From: Stylophora pistillata
Lineage: Eukaryota
Reading direction: 5' to 3'
Length of the DNA stretch: 64,000 nucleotides
Assembly (NCBI RefSeq): GCF_002571385.2
Contig: NW_019218016.1
Span: 54,011-118,010 of the forward strand
Shown here: in pieces, positions 1-11,789 of the stretch
How the letters are laid out: each line of letters begins with the position of its first letter
Numbering within the stretch: position 1 is the first letter of the stretch
Program-made: the position numbers and the translations under genes
Notes under the pieces: model-generated
What the model was told of the DNA's origin: nothing
The model's database searches: none
What the model saw: the letters and a program-made list of their open reading frames with translations, nothing else

Positions 1-231
1 AACCAATTCCACTCACGCATGCCCAGACAAAATGCCTCTCTGCTACAGTAGCTAGTAAGCTGAGTTACTCAAGCACTGTGATTGGTTCTCACTAACGATC
101 GATTGGAGAAGAGATGACGGTTACCATTAAAAACTGTTTGCTTCTTTATCACTACTATTTATCATTTTTATTATTATTATTATCATTATTATTATTGTTG
201 TTGTTTATTGACGTCATCTGTGTACTTTTAT

Positions 232-500
232 AGAACTAACTCAAGTGGTTGAGCGCCGGACTGCCGTGCGGGAGGTCGAAGGTTCGAGCCCCAGAGCGGA
301 CCGACACTCATGGTCTTAAAATAACTGAGGGGAATGTGCTACCTTTCTATTATATCAAGAAATGGATAGACATTCTATTCTTCTCGGACAACGACTAAAA
401 ACCGTAGGCCCCGTCTCCTGCATCCTGCATCTCTGTACTCGTTAGCAGGGGACGTTAAAGAACCCGCGCAATCTCCTGGTGTTGTGGACTGGTCTATTTA
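232..500 (+). mobile_element. tRNA-derived SINE (Deu/Nin-like core)
   Basis: A-box-like CTCAAGTGGTTGAGCG and B-box GGTTCGAGCCC, followed by a non-tRNA body (GGTCTTAAAATAACTGAG...GGGACGTTAAAGAACCC) recalled as typical of cnidarian SINEs. The 3' end is approximate. Confidence 0.75.
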
Positions 501-519
501 CTTGAAACTTGGGGCATTG

Positions 520-1105
520 TGATAAATTTTCTGAGAAGAAAATACACCACACAAAGGCGATCAATGCGATAGCCAGGATTGTCAGGTTTGCAGTTACCAT
601 GGTGATGACAGAAAGATGGTTATACGCATGCGCAATATTTTGAATGGCGAAGAATATATCTGCCACAGAAATATTGGCTATAAATAAGCTGTTGCCATTT
701 CCCATTTGACATCGTGTAAAGTTTTTTTCGGAACAAGTACAGCCATACCGTTTTCTAGCAGAGACAGTGTAAGAACAGCATGCAAACTGTGGCTTTCCCC
801 ATTGCCTCGGTTTTTCTTTCAAGAAGAGGTGATGAATCCTTAGCGTTTTCCAATTGCAAGAAATATTTGATAAAAGCTTTTCTGCTCGTCGATGCTCGGT
901 CACTAAGCGAGATTTGGTCCAGGGTTATAGCATGCAAGCGCATAAAAACCCTTTTGAAGGCACCTGCGGCTGTCTAATATTAATTTACGTAACTGAAAAG
1001 TCATTACTGCGTTTTCACTCTATTTCCATAAGTTCTATAACACAAGGAAAAAACAGCCATTGTGTTTAAGCAGAAGCGAATATTGATCTGAAGTAGCAGT
1101 CGCTC
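520..1105 (-). pseudogene. Truncated, frameshifted copy of the GPCR at 4629-5579
   Basis: Collinear nucleotide similarity to ~5175-5835. Retains NSLFIANISVADIFFAIQNI and VITMVTANLTILAIA but has frameshifts and an internal deletion (ECL1/TM3 start), and lacks TM4-TM7. Confidence 0.9.
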
Positions 1106-1320
1106 AAAAAGGCCAACATTATGACATAAGCCACAGGCAGCCCAAGCTCACTGGCAGAAAAGCGGACTCTTACCGTGTTGCCCAACGTTTTATATTTATA
1201 AAGGTTTGTATGTGATGTTATCACTTTGTCTTAAAAGAGAGAAAAAAAATGTCTTGTTTTGAAATAAAATGGACTTACCTTATTGCCTTGTTGATTTCTT
1301 TGTTGATTCCTAGCGTCTCA

Positions 1321-1478
1321 NNNNNNNNNNNNNNNNNNNNNNNNNNNNNNNNNNNNNNNNNNNNNNNNNNNNNNNNNNNNNNNNNNNNNNNNNNNNNNNN
1401 NNNNNNNNNNNNNNNNNNNNNNNNNNNNNNNNNNNNNNNNNNNNNNNNNNNNNNNNNNNNNNNNNNNNNNNNNNNNNN
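1321..1478. other. Assembly gap (N run)
   Basis: Run of n characters. Confidence 1.
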
Positions 1479-4400
1479 ATAGATCTTCGGTTTGTAAAGG
1501 TATAACTCACACTTCGGTTACAGGCAGCACAATGCGACAAAAAAACAGATTGTCTCCGAGACATGTTTATGTTAGGCGGCGGTTGTTGGTCTAAAACGAT
1601 AGTGACAGCAAAATATAACTTGTGTAATTAGCGGTAACTCAGCATCTTATACGATGGCTTAACCCACAGATCTATAGCAACTCAAAACGTCCACAAACAG
1701 TTCAAAAACTGTATAAAATCTCTCGATAGCAAACTTTTTGTACAATAAGTCATGAATGCGCCTTTCCCATCTTCTTTATTCAAGACGATGAGAAGGCTGG
1801 GGCCACGTACCTGCTGATGCTATCGTAGGTAAAGCGAGAAGGACTTTCAAAATGAAAAAGTGAGAAATTATCTCGAACTGCTAGAGACTTCTCTCAGTGA
1901 TATGATGCGGTAAGATCAGTTATCAAGCAAATTAAGACTTAAAGGTAAAGACGGTTGTTACGTGATGTTAAGGGAACTAAGGAATTATTTACGAAGCTGT
2001 CTTTGTCTGTTTTGGTCACAGGTGCGATTTTTCTGTCAATCCTTCAAATTAGCAGGGTAAAATAAAAGTCAAAGACAATAAATGAATTAACAATTGATGA
2101 CTAAGTTTCACGTGTCACGTGCATGGTCAATTTCGCGAGAGTAGACTGAGACTTCTCGGATTATGCCTCATCCATTTTTGCAAAATTACGAACGCGTAAA
2201 ATTGGAACTGGACAGTTAAGAGACGTTACTAAAATATTATTAATATTGGCAGAATCTGAAAGTAGTTAATGACCCAAATGTTGCATTTTTAGGCTAAATC
2301 AGTTGGTTGAACACAGGTGTAGTTGTTGACAAGGATAAATATGGGCTTAATCGTCTTCAAACGTTGAATACCGTTGAATACCGTTCACCTTTCCAAAAAA
2401 TTATTCCGAAATAAGAAAAAAATGACTCTAACTTATGTCAGAATAAAAATAACGAGGCTTTATGGAAAATAGAGGGTTTCACTTACTTTGCCGGATTTTG
2501 TTGCTGAGACGTAAAAGGTGTATTAATATTTTTTCTTTTTTGAACAAAAAGATGTCATGATGCGTGTAAATTTAGAGCAATAGCAACTCCGGAATGCTGA
2601 TGTCTAGAACAATTAGCTTGAAAATCTTTTAAGGCTATTTTCTCTTGAAGATATCTTTTCAAGTATGACTCTAATTCTGCCAATAGATTAATTACAATTT
2701 TTATATTATCAGTCTCCTTTCTGTTCTGGCCGATCTCAATCGTGAAAATAAGAAAATTAAGGTAGAAAATGATTTTGTAACTGCGTAAACAACTCGAAGG
2801 CGCATACTCAGTACGCAGGATCTGTCGCACGTAATTTAACGCGATTCGCTGGTTGAGATAGAATGATGACGATGCAAGTAGATTGACAGCTTAGTAGTGT
2901 CACCTTTGGTGTCACCTTTTACGCTGGTGCATAACTTTTCCAATCAGATCAGAACAAATTTGAATTGTATAAAGCTGAGTCAAAACTAAGCTAGTCCCAA
3001 GAAGAAGGAAATTGTATTAAGAGTTCAAGTCGAAAAATAAAGAAGTACTGTTTGGGTGTTAGAGAAAAATCCTCTAACAAAGGGTAACACTTTGCATCTT
3101 ATTAACAAGTTTCTTCGTTCAAAAGTTAACATTCCAGTGTTTTTAGCCAGGAGACCTGTTAAGGAAAGAGCCAAGGACGAAATGGGACTTTCTTCCTCCA
3201 CGTAGGCCCCTTGTGTAACTGCACGATAGGAAGAATCGTCTCTTTTTATTTATCTCTGTAGTTCTACCGTTTTAACAAACTTTGTATTTCTGTTCCATTC
3301 TTTATCAATATTTTGTAGTCAGAGTAAACTTGAAACTAATGTACATGAATTTCGTTACATAACAACAAAATCAACAGAAAATTCAGAGAAGAATAGGCGC
3401 TCGCGAGTATCGCCCCTAGAAATACCGCGTGGTCTTATCTAATTTAAAATTCAGTGCGGAGATGAAAAGGCATAAGCTGTTTACACTCAGGGTCACCTTT
3501 AAGAAAGAGGTGTAGAAAGTGTTAAATTAAAATTTAAGAAATATGCCTGTATCGTGAATTTGACATAGAATTTGACCCAAAAAAAAAAACACCAGTTTGA
3601 GAATAGTCAAAAGTATAACAAGTAGAAATTTCCAGGAATTCCTGTGTGAGGTTAACTTTTACCAGAAAGATTTACTCTCTTTCTTAACTAGCAAATTGAC
3701 ATAATTAAAAACATAGCTTACCACAAAATACTATAACAAGTTCTAATCACCGCAAAAACTGAACATCTGCTTCCATGCCAAATTCACAACCCCGATAAGA
3801 AAAAGGTGAAAGAAATTGTACTTAGATGAGACCGTCAAAAGGAATAAGAAATAAGGCACGCTCTGCTGACCTGCCCGCTAAGCAAAATTATTCCGAAGAA
3901 AAAAGAGACAAAATACAACCTCAGAAACAGAACTGTCCCTTATCCTGGAATAAATTCGGGAATGTTTAAGAATGTGTTTGTAAATAGACCAGTTTTTAAA
4001 TATAATTTTTTAGATTATCATTTGTCTAGTTATATTTAATGATTCTTAGATTATCTTTTGCATATTTTTTGCGTGATTCTTTAATATTGTAACTTTAGAT
4101 ATGTACTTTTATCAAGAGAGAATAAAGATTATAATTATTATTATTATTAAATAATGAACCTGCTTACTATAATTTTTTTGCGTCGAATGGCATAAAATAA
4201 TGAAAACTCTCGGCTAGATTTCCATTTTGTCTTTAACAAATTACATACAGTAGTAAGTTGAGTTATATAAGCACTCTGATTGCTTCTCACTAATAATCGA
4301 TTTATTATTATGATGATGATAATTATTGTTATTATTATTATTGTTTATTGAGGTCGTCTGCGATCTATTAAAGAACTAACGCAAGGCAGCATGGAATGTA

Positions 4401-4628
4401 TTTGCTAACAAGGATCGTTTTCATTGAGACAATTCCGTGAAAATGCTGTATTAGAAATGTATCAAAGTTTCTTAATCTAAGGAATGGATTCTTCAGCCTC
4501 CTTTTGTGGCAGTCACCAATTAAAATGACAGGGCTTAATATTTAGATTTAACTAAAGATATTCGACAGTCCGCTGAATCCAAGTTCAGTTACTTTTTAAG
4601 TCCTCTCCACCCAGTAATTATCATTGAG

Positions 4629-5579
4629 TTAACACAGGTTGACAACATAGCGCCTCGCCAAAGTCTCTTTTACACAGTTGCGAAACCTCCTGTTGAAAAC
4701 TACATAAATTATGGGATTAATGGCGCCATTTAAGAAAAGCATCGAAAGAGAAATGAAACGAAGGTGTGGATTTTCACTGAAGACTACAAAGAAGTCAAGT
4801 GCAATAGACAATTGCAGGGTTAGAATTGGCAAAGAACATGTATAAAATGCGACTAACAGAGTTATTAACATCTTGAAAATCTCTCGATTTCGCTTCTCTC
4901 TCAATTCTCGAGCTCTTTCACTTGCGTTGCTGGGGAATTTTCGACGCCAAACCTTGAATCCGATCGCTGCGTACAAAACGAGCATAGCAAGAAGGGTCGT
5001 GACTAGAATTAAGGCAAAACCTGCGTACGAAATTCGTTTGACTAGCATATTCTTGAGATTACACCTTGTGATGCTATCGTTGCTGATGAAATCCGCGAAA
5101 TAGAACATCGGCGAAGCAAAGAGAGCTGGTACGAGCCATGTCAGAAAAATAATAAAGAAGCAGGCCTTCTTCGTGATAATTTTTCTGAAAGGAAAATACA
5201 CCACACAAAGGCGATAAATTGCGATTGCCAAGATTGTCAGGTTCGCAGTTACCATGGTGATGACAGAAAAGAAAATATCCATCTTACAAAGTACTGTTCC
5301 AAAGCTCCCTTGTAGAATCCAGTGGCCGTTCAGCACAAGATGATTATACGCATGCGGGATATTTTGAATAGCGAAGAATATATCTGCCACAGAAATATTG
5401 GCAATAAATAAGCTGTTGGCATTCCTCATATGACTTCGTTTAAAGTTCTTTTTCACAACGAGTACAACCATAGCGTTTTCAAGCAGAGACACTGCAAGAA
5501 CAAACATGCAAACTGTGGCTTTTGCCATGGCTTCGGTTTTTCTTTCATAAAGGGGCGATGAATTGCTAGCGTTTTCCAT
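4629..5579 (-). CDS. Intronless class A (rhodopsin-like) GPCR, peptide-receptor-like, ~316 aa
   Basis: Seven hydrophobic segments, TM2 ISVAD, TM3 Cys (LCK), TM4 W, TM6 CSLP, TM7 NPIIY. The DRY position reads YRL. Start placed at MENASNSS (N-glycosylation sequons) by analogy with the paralog at 11789; the frame stays open upstream to 5732. Confidence 0.9.
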   Translation of the reverse strand: MENASNSSPLYERKTEAMAKATVCMFVLAVSLLENAMVVLVVKKNFKRSHMRNANSLFIANISVADIFFAIQNIPHAYNHLVLNGHWILQGSFGTVLCKMDIFFSVITMVTANLTILAIAIYRLCVVYFPFRKIITKKACFFIIFLTWLVPALFASPMFYFADFISNDSITRCNLKNMLVKRISYAGFALILVTTLLAMLVLYAAIGFKVWRRKFPSNASERARELREKRNREIFKMLITLLVAFYTCSLPILTLQLSIALDFFVVFSENPHLRFISLSMLFLNGAINPIIYVVFNRRFRNCVKETLARRYVVNLC

Positions 5580-8378
5580 TTGCAAGAAATATATGATAAA
5601 AGCTTTTCTGCTCGTCGATGCTAGGTCAGTAAACGAGATTTGGTCAGGACTTAAAGGGTGCAAGCGCATAAAAACCCCTTTTAAGGGCACCTGCGGCTGT
5701 CTAAATATTAATTTACGTAACTGAAAAGTCACTACTGCGTGTTCACTTTATTTCCATAAGTTCTATAACACAAGGGAAGGACAGCCATTGTTTTTACGCA
5801 GAAGCGAATATTGATCTGGAGTAGCAGTCGCTCTAAAATGAGACTTTCTTTTGTTCGAGGTTCAGTTAATTAAGGGTACGTCAGAAAAGACAATAACTGC
5901 ACACTGAACAGGAAGAAACTTAACCCGGCGCTTTGTATGACATGCTCTTCAGGAAAAATATAGAAAATTTACTGCGGACAGCATATTTTATCAGTGATAA
6001 TGATAGAAATAGGAATTGGGAGGTTCTAAAGGATTGAAACCTTTTCTCGTATGGACGTGATCCAATGCAAGCTTTCCCGTTTGATGAGCTGCCACGTGTG
6101 ACGTGTGTTCGCAGTTAATTATTTTTCATATTTATGGTTGGCGATATTACAAGGCAGGTTACAAAATTGAGGAGTAATTTTGTCTTATAACCTATTTTAG
6201 GCCACAGGAAGCTGGAAGAATATTTGAAGAAACATAGCGTGATACTTTCAGGAGCAACTTTCGGTGGTATGGTTAAAATTCAAGTCCAAGTTAATTTTAA
6301 AAGAAGACACTTGGAACAAAATGCATTAATCGACCAAAAAAAAAAAGAGGAAAATATTAAAATGACTAGAAAAGACTTCTCGATAACGGTAGAGTTTGCA
6401 GCTTGAATCTTAAGAAAAACGGAAGCTGGAGGGGCTAACGAATGTACGTACGTACTAACACAAGATAATCATTTTTCTTGAGAGCATAATTATTGCATGC
6501 AGAAACTCAGGGAAAAAAAAAGAAAAGATAATTACAGCGTACATGCACTAAACAGTGAATACTAATAAAGGCTTTACGATGAAATAATTTCAAACTGGAG
6601 GATCTGACGGACACTGAATATCAGATGAATCGCAGCTGCTGTTAAGAGCAGAATTCTGTACTCGAGAGGGATTTCACACTGCCTTTGGAAGGTTGTTTTT
6701 AGGTAGCATTTCTAGCTAGACACCGGACACAGGTAACGCTTCCAGATGTAATCTACAAGTGCTTTTTACAATTGATAACATCAACTTCACCACCGTTTGC
6801 CTTTATTGTCATATCTTTCGGAAGGTAGTTGGGGAAAAGTCCTTTTAGAGGAAGTTTTGTACTTACGAATGTGATACCAACAGCACGTAACAGGAACAAG
6901 TCTGCCCTTTTGACCTTGCACACAATCATTGAAGATGAAAATCCTCGCAAGATAGCATCAAAATACACACATAAAATTAAATGGAGAAAAGCCGTATTAG
7001 ATAAACTTTTGCTCCTAGAAATGTGATAAAGCACGTAATCAGAACATTTCTACCCCTTTGAATTCGAACAGAATCATTTAAGGTGAAATTCCTCCCAAGA
7101 TTGCATCTAAAAGCCCAAATCATAATGATTTATTATGAACTGAATCATTAAAACAAAGCAGTAAATAGATTTCAACATAACGTACTTGCTCAAAAGTTTA
7201 AATTCAAATGATCAAATTGGGTTTGTCAGCTGACCTAAGAAAAACTGTCTGTAACTGCCTTTAATTTAACTAACCATCTATCTTCAGTTGACGGATGAAT
7301 CAGTTATTAAAAAAAGGAAATATTTCTTTTCAAGATTCCCCTTTTTAAAAACATTTAACATAATGTAATGCAGTTTCGCCCTCTGACGCTTTTATAAGAA
7401 CACTTCTTTCCGGCCTTTTCTACAAGATTTCTATTCTGCTGAAATGATCGATTTTGTCGCTAAGCTAAATGATAAAGATCGACGGATAAAAAAGATGGAA
7501 ATCACTTGGAAATAGCTTAAGAGCTCAAACCTCGTACTAATTTGAAAGAACTGAAGATGTCGACTAAAATAAATACCAGTTTTTAATTATCATGATCATT
7601 CTTACATGTTTTAATTTTTCATTTTTATGTGAACATAAATCATTGACATCGGCAGGTATGTCAACAACTTAAGGCTAGTTCTGAGCATAAATAATAGCAA
7701 AAAATCTTAAACTTATCTAAGTTAACTAGTTACAATTTTTTTTTCGGGTGGTCTAGTTAGTCCTCATATCTAGAAAACGAGTTTCTGTACAAACTAAAAC
7801 CATTTTGACCAGAACCTTCCAATCACTCCTTAGCGCTGACCGAAAGGATCGCAGCTCCAGAAGCAAAATTACAAATTAAAAACACCTCGTTAAAGGCGTC
7901 TCCGCGTACAGAATTTGTTTTTCATAGAGGAGGGGGCACGAGAGATTCGACATGACAGAGTTTGTATTTGAACAATTCTTAGGGATGTCATAACGTAGGG
8001 CATCTTATAATTTTTCATCTCATCTCACACTTACTTGGTTTTATGCAGTTTTTGTTATTTAGTGAAGCTTAAATAATCCGCGGAAATGACAATTCAAGGT
8101 TAGCCTGTTTTCATTTTAATCAATTCTAACTTCTGATCCATTAATTCACCTACATATATATGGACAATATTGCGAATAGAGATTAAGGTTACGACAAGAA
8201 ATGTCTGTGAAAAGTTTGACCACTGAATCGGAAATAACTTGAAGCATTTCATCTTTGCTTGATAATTGAAACAAGATAAATTAGCTGGCGAACCCCTAAT
8301 TTCGGTGCACTATGATTCGAACCTTAATAACTTGAGTAATATTGCATTTTTCATGTTGTATGTACGTAGAGTTAGCAT

Positions 8379-9488
8379 TTATAAGCGCGAGTCTTCACAT
8401 GGAGTACTGCTGTAAACATAGGGCAAGTTTCTTTCAGTACTAAACTCCTTTTTGCCATTGTCTTGCCTTCTGTTGCTACATGATTGTAATATGATCGCTG
8501 AACTGGGTGATTTGCATGTAAATAAAGACTTGAATTCAAGGCGAATATCCGAGTTAAATATAGTATATATAACTGGATTTATTGCTCCATTACAAAGCAT
8601 TAAGAACGCTGAAATTTTACTATAATACGAACCAAGTTTTGTGCTGAAGTTGAAGTGAAGAGAAAGCTGATAAATCCAAAATGGAATAAAAGAAATATAA
8701 AATACTAAAACTAAAGTCGCCAGAAGTTTCAAGGCTTTATTTTTCTTGGCTGGCTTCCTTCGCTGAACTTCGTAAAGTTGAATCCCCGGAACTGTTCGTA
8801 GCCATATCTTGATCAAAATAGCGGAGTAAAGAGTGAGTGTGACAATAAACCCGGCTGCCAGTAGCACAGTTTGAAAGATAAACCAGCGGACAACCTTTTC
8901 GCAATCGGTACAGACAGTACATATAACCTTTCCTTCAGGGTCCTCATCATCTTTCTCAAGGTGCGCAAAGGAAAACAACGGTGCACAATAAATACAACTT
9001 ACTAGCCAAGTCGATAAGATTATAAAATATGCCCGTTTCGTAGAAATTAATGTCCTCAATGGGAAAAATATCGCCAAAAACGTCTCCACTGCGGTAGCTA
9101 AAATGGTCAGATTGGAGGTCAGTATTAAGAGCGCTGAGAAGAACATATCAAGTCGGCAAAGAAAATCTCCAAAACGGCCGTGAATTTGCCATGCACCCTC
9201 CAATATCAAGTGAGTGTAAATTATGGGGATATTCTCTACCGAAAACAGTAAGTCGGCCAGGGACAAGTTCATTATGAAAAAATGATGGACTTTTCTTCGT
9301 GACTTCCTCCCAATTTCTTTAAATGCCTTGATGACGACTGCATTTCCAGCCAGAGAGAGCAAAGCTGCAAAATAATAAGCAGATACTAGGAAAAACCTTC
9401 CAATTGCAAGCCCTGCAATCTGTGAGTTTCTATTTGGCTCAGATAATGTGGAGCAATCGCTCAAATTTGATGCATTCTCGGGATTCAT
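8379..9488 (-). CDS. Intronless class A GPCR, 369 aa
   Basis: TM1 GN, TM2 LSLAD, ECL1 W, TM3 Cys, TM6 FWIY after SFIP, TM7 NPVIY. The DRY position reads ETF. Confidence 0.93.
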   Translation of the reverse strand: MNPENASNLSDCSTLSEPNRNSQIAGLAIGRFFLVSAYYFAALLSLAGNAVVIKAFKEIGRKSRRKVHHFFIMNLSLADLLFSVENIPIIYTHLILEGAWQIHGRFGDFLCRLDMFFSALLILTSNLTILATAVETFLAIFFPLRTLISTKRAYFIILSTWLVSCIYCAPLFSFAHLEKDDEDPEGKVICTVCTDCEKVVRWFIFQTVLLAAGFIVTLTLYSAILIKIWLRTVPGIQLYEVQRRKPAKKNKALKLLATLVLVFYISFIPFWIYQLSLHFNFSTKLGSYYSKISAFLMLCNGAINPVIYTIFNSDIRLEFKSLFTCKSPSSAIILQSCSNRRQDNGKKEFSTERNLPYVYSSTPCEDSRL

Positions 9489-10748
9489 TTTGCACTGTTT
9501 TAAACGACGATATCAGTGGTTCATCTGCTTAGAGGCGTCAGCTTTCAGATGTTTAAACAAAAGACATACGTACATGTTTAATTTAAATGAACATTTGAAA
9601 AAAGCCATTAGGTAAATTCCTTTTCGAGCCAATTTCTTGTCTATTGCTCGCACAACATTCGCTTTTGTAACATCGGGAGAATTTTTTTGTGTTGCGCCCC
9701 TATTCAAATCGTATTTCAGTTTTAATTGTAAATGAATATTTTCATTTCAAAATCGTTACTCACACAAAAGTAAAGAAACTGGTATTAGTGGTAATTACGA
9801 CATTTTTTTAAAACGTATCCTTATTTGCACCCCTGTTCCCCGTGCCTTCCTCGTCCCTCCCTCCCCGAACAAACCAGGGCGATTGGACAACCGCAAATTA
9901 AAATCAGAAAACCGTCAAGCAAATGTCAATTTATTAATGAGCAAATGTCAAAGCCATTTCTAGCCGCTTTTAAAAGTATAAAAGACCAGAATCATTAAAA
10001 TACTGAAAATGTATTTATTTTCGTTAGCATTTGTAAGGGGATATTAGGATCATGTTATCGATCGCAGGTGGATGCCGTTTGAAACAAAACCATAGACAGT
10101 TGAAACGACTCTTGTTATCAATAGATGTAAGGTGATAAGTCTTACAATCACCGTCTTACTATAAAGTTAACCACATCTGCGAATCAAAGACACTTTTTAC
10201 TGCTCGAGCTTGTTGAGGTGTTTAGATTGTGTATAATTAACTTCTCAAGTATGGTTAGTCTTTGTCCTTTTCCTGGTTTTTTCCTCCTCCTTATCGTATA
10301 TTGTCATCAGTTGTTGGCATTCAAGCTTTTCTGGCTGGCATTTTGAAGTTTTGAAGATGGCACATACACAGCTCATTTGTATGCACCTCACGAAAAAAAC
10401 TAATTGAATAATTCTCGTTAAGTATAGAGTCCATTAGGTGATGTGTTTTAATGGGGCCACCTAAAATGGCAGAAACTCTCTTGACTACTTTGTCTCGATA
10501 GTTTAGGTGTGAAATTATTTTGATTTTTTTATAAGGTGACCGACGCTTTCCCATGGCAAATCTAGTAAGAAGTGTGAGGCGAACTTTGATAATCATGATA
10601 CTGAGAGTGACTCTTCATTGACAGGTATCGATGACAAGTTAAATTTCTTTCCTGATTCATATGGTCAATTTGTTTTTATAGACAAGTTTACCACAGAAGT
10701 CACCGCTCAAGCTTGAGTTAGGAATTACTTGCTCCTCTGATTCTACTT

Positions 10749-11789
10749 TTACAACTGAGTCGAGGATCTTAGTCCATCATTTCCATCATCTGTGCTCCTC
10801 TTCCTTGCTGCAGCCTCAGTTTCCACAGAGTAAACAAAACCCCTAGAGCATTTGCATTGCAGCAGAGCCGCCTTGATCCCATCACGAAAGCTCTCGTTGA
10901 AAATGAGGTAAATGATGGGATTTATGGCACCGTTGGAGAAATACAAAAATAATGCAGTAAACCTGATATGGTTTATTCTAAACAATTCATAGAAATCAAG
11001 AAGAAAAGACACATGTAAACTAAGAATCGGTAAAGAACAGATGTAAAACACGACGATTAAAGTGATGAGCATCTTGAAAATATCGCGATTTCTTTTCAAT
11101 CTGCGCTCGCGATTTCTTTGACTTGCATTGCCAGGAAATTTTCGACCCGAGAGCTTGAATCCAATGGCTGTGTACAACGCCAGAATGGTGACAAGCGTTG
11201 TGGCCAAAATTCCCGCCAAAACCATGTACCACGTTTTCAAAACCATTCTATCTTTGAGATTACAGGAGGTGACACCGCCTCTAATCACTAAGTCACCGTA
11301 GTACAGCATGGGTGAAGCGAAAATCGCGGGTATTAACCATGTTAGAAGTATGATTATAAAACAGATTCTTCGGGTAATGATTTTTTTGAGTGGAACGTAC
11401 ACAGCGAACATTCGATCCACAGCTATGGCAAGGATGGTAAGATTTGCAGTTACCATGGTTATGAAAGAGAAGAACATGTCGATCTTGCATAAAGCGATTC
11501 CAATCCATCCTTGAAGATTCCAACGTTCTTTTAGCAAATAGTTGTTGTAAGCATGGGGCGTGTTCTGTAGGGCGAACAGAATGTCGGCCACTGACATGTT
11601 CGCGATGAAAAAGCCGTTAGCTGTTCTCACACGGCTTCGATAGTTCTTTTTAAGAATCACTAGCACCAAACTGTTTTCAATTAAGGACGCGACAAGAACA
11701 AACATGCAAATTGTGGCCTTTGTGAGTCTTAATTCAAAACTGTCTCCCTGAGAGCTCTCAGTCAGTGAAGAGTTAGTGCTGTTTTCCAT
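10749..11789 (-). CDS. Intronless class A GPCR, ~346 aa, close paralog of 4629-5579
   Basis: Starts MENSTNSS. Shares KATxCMFVL, ITMVTANLTILAIA, IFKMLITL and NGAINPIIY with GPCR1. The DRY position reads DRM. Confidence 0.92.
   Translation of the reverse strand: MENSTNSSLTESSQGDSFELRLTKATICMFVLVASLIENSLVLVILKKNYRSRVRTANGFFIANMSVADILFALQNTPHAYNNYLLKERWNLQGWIGIALCKIDMFFSFITMVTANLTILAIAVDRMFAVYVPLKKIITRRICFIIILLTWLIPAIFASPMLYYGDLVIRGGVTSCNLKDRMVLKTWYMVLAGILATTLVTILALYTAIGFKLSGRKFPGNASQRNRERRLKRNRDIFKMLITLIVVFYICSLPILSLHVSFLLDFYELFRINHIRFTALFLYFSNGAINPIIYLIFNESFRDGIKAALLQCKCSRGFVYSVETEAAARKRSTDDGNDGLRSSTQL

Noticed and set aside
232-300. tRNA gene
   Set aside because: A and B boxes are present, but there is no closing acceptor stem and it continues into a SINE body.
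442-903. 153-aa ORF as a functional GPCR
   Set aside because: It is a chimera of frameshifted pseudogene and SINE sequence and lacks most transmembrane helices.
1600-1950. Further decayed GPCR relic on the minus strand (EKSLAV-like)
   Set aside because: The similarity is too short to distinguish from chance without alignment statistics.
5580-5732. N-terminal extensions of the GPCR ORFs (also 11790-11867)
   Set aside because: The track starts are GTG/TTG, and both paralogs align from MEN(A/S)xNSS. An upstream ATG in GPCR1 cannot be fully excluded.
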